A DNA stretch of 61,895 bases, filler included. It is 6 parts of 6 records of this genome, joined end to end, with 100 filler letters (N's around TTAATTAATTAA, not from the genome) between each part and the next. Parts side by side here need not be neighbours in the genome. Positions count along the whole stretch, not along the records: positions 51,817 to 61,895 come from SRR31156797_12024; 5 more parts are not named here. The stretch is one strand, 5' to 3'. The notes beneath the pieces are model-generated. The model had not been told where the DNA came from, did not search any database, and saw nothing but the letters and a program-made list of their open reading frames with translations. Numbering within the stretch: position 1 is the first letter of the stretch; each line of letters begins with the position of its first letter. Of this stretch, positions 61,707-61,895 are shown piece by piece. The translations under genes were made by a program, and so were the position numbers.

Positions 61707-61727
61707 AGTCTGAGATTTAGTCTGAGA
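61707..61727. repeat. integrase arm-type direct repeat
   Basis: AGTCTGAGA at 61707 and 61719 (12-bp period), ~140 bp inside the att core. Confidence 0.55.
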
Positions 61728-61865
61728 CTAAAACCAAGACACGATCAGAAAAAACTAGAAAAAAGTGATAACTATATTCGTTACATGATTTATATAATTT
61801 TTCATGATATATGAAGATATGACAAACCCGGATAAAACATGCAAATCATTACACAGATGGTAATT

Positions 61866-61895
61866 AGACTCAAAATCTGCTGGCAGCAATGCCGT
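61866..61895 (+). other. att core: duplicated 3' half of tRNA-Leu(CAA)
   Basis: AGA-CTCAAAA-TCTGC-TGGCAGCAATGCCGT = anticodon loop and variable arm, with no D arm or acceptor strand upstream. Confidence 0.75.

Larger units (their letters stand above)
52252..61895. mobile_element. part of a tRNA-Leu-integrated element (genomic island/IME/satellite-like)
   Basis: att core, arm repeats, two excisionase-like genes, Rep-like and helicase genes; integrase not in window. Confidence 0.7.

Noticed and set aside
1-61895. CRISPR arrays, cas genes, rRNA, intact transposases or integrases
   Set aside because: None recognised in any contig

Overview
The window is not one locus. It is six unrelated contigs joined by 100-nt N linkers containing TTAATTAATTAA (8191-8290, 22204-22303, 36114-36213, 45996-46095, 51717-51816), so adjacency across linkers means nothing. 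(1) 1-8190: GC-rich contig with the 5' part of an Mrp-antiporter/complex-I-like (Mbx/Mbs-type) operon on the minus strand and a Gfo/Idh/MocA oxidoreductase. (2) 8291-22203: a complete operon of the same type from another organism, headed by rex and a Rex-like operator. It ends in two paralogous NuoI-GltD flavoprotein fusions (one NADH-type, one NADPH-type signature) with a ferritin-like gene between them; its NuoD-like subunit lacks hydrogenase, sulfane-reductase and quinone-site catalytic residues. (3) 22304-36113: ordinary Vibrio-type housekeeping region (rnfCDGE, nth, gloA, motY, rnt, purF-cvpA-dedD-folC-accD-truA-hubP). (4) 36214-45995: Desulfovibrionaceae-like contig bounded by tRNA-Leu halves. 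It carries a CydA-like octaheme cytochrome pair, a DEAD-box helicase preceded by an unannotated ~230-nt highly structured RNA with a 23S hairpin-92-like loop, and a class II ribonucleotide reductase with a ~90-aa insertion under a cobalamin riboswitch. (5) 46096-51716: AT-rich maltose/trehalose genes. (6) 51817-61895: part of a tRNA-Leu-integrated element (att core, arm repeats, Rep_trans-like initiator, helicase, excisionase-like HTHs) with an XRE-controlled HtpX/TPR cargo operon and a group II intron remnant. Best novelty candidates are the helicase leader RNA and the dual-input Mbx-like complex. All family assignments come from motif recognition by eye; no searches were run, and organism labels are impressions.
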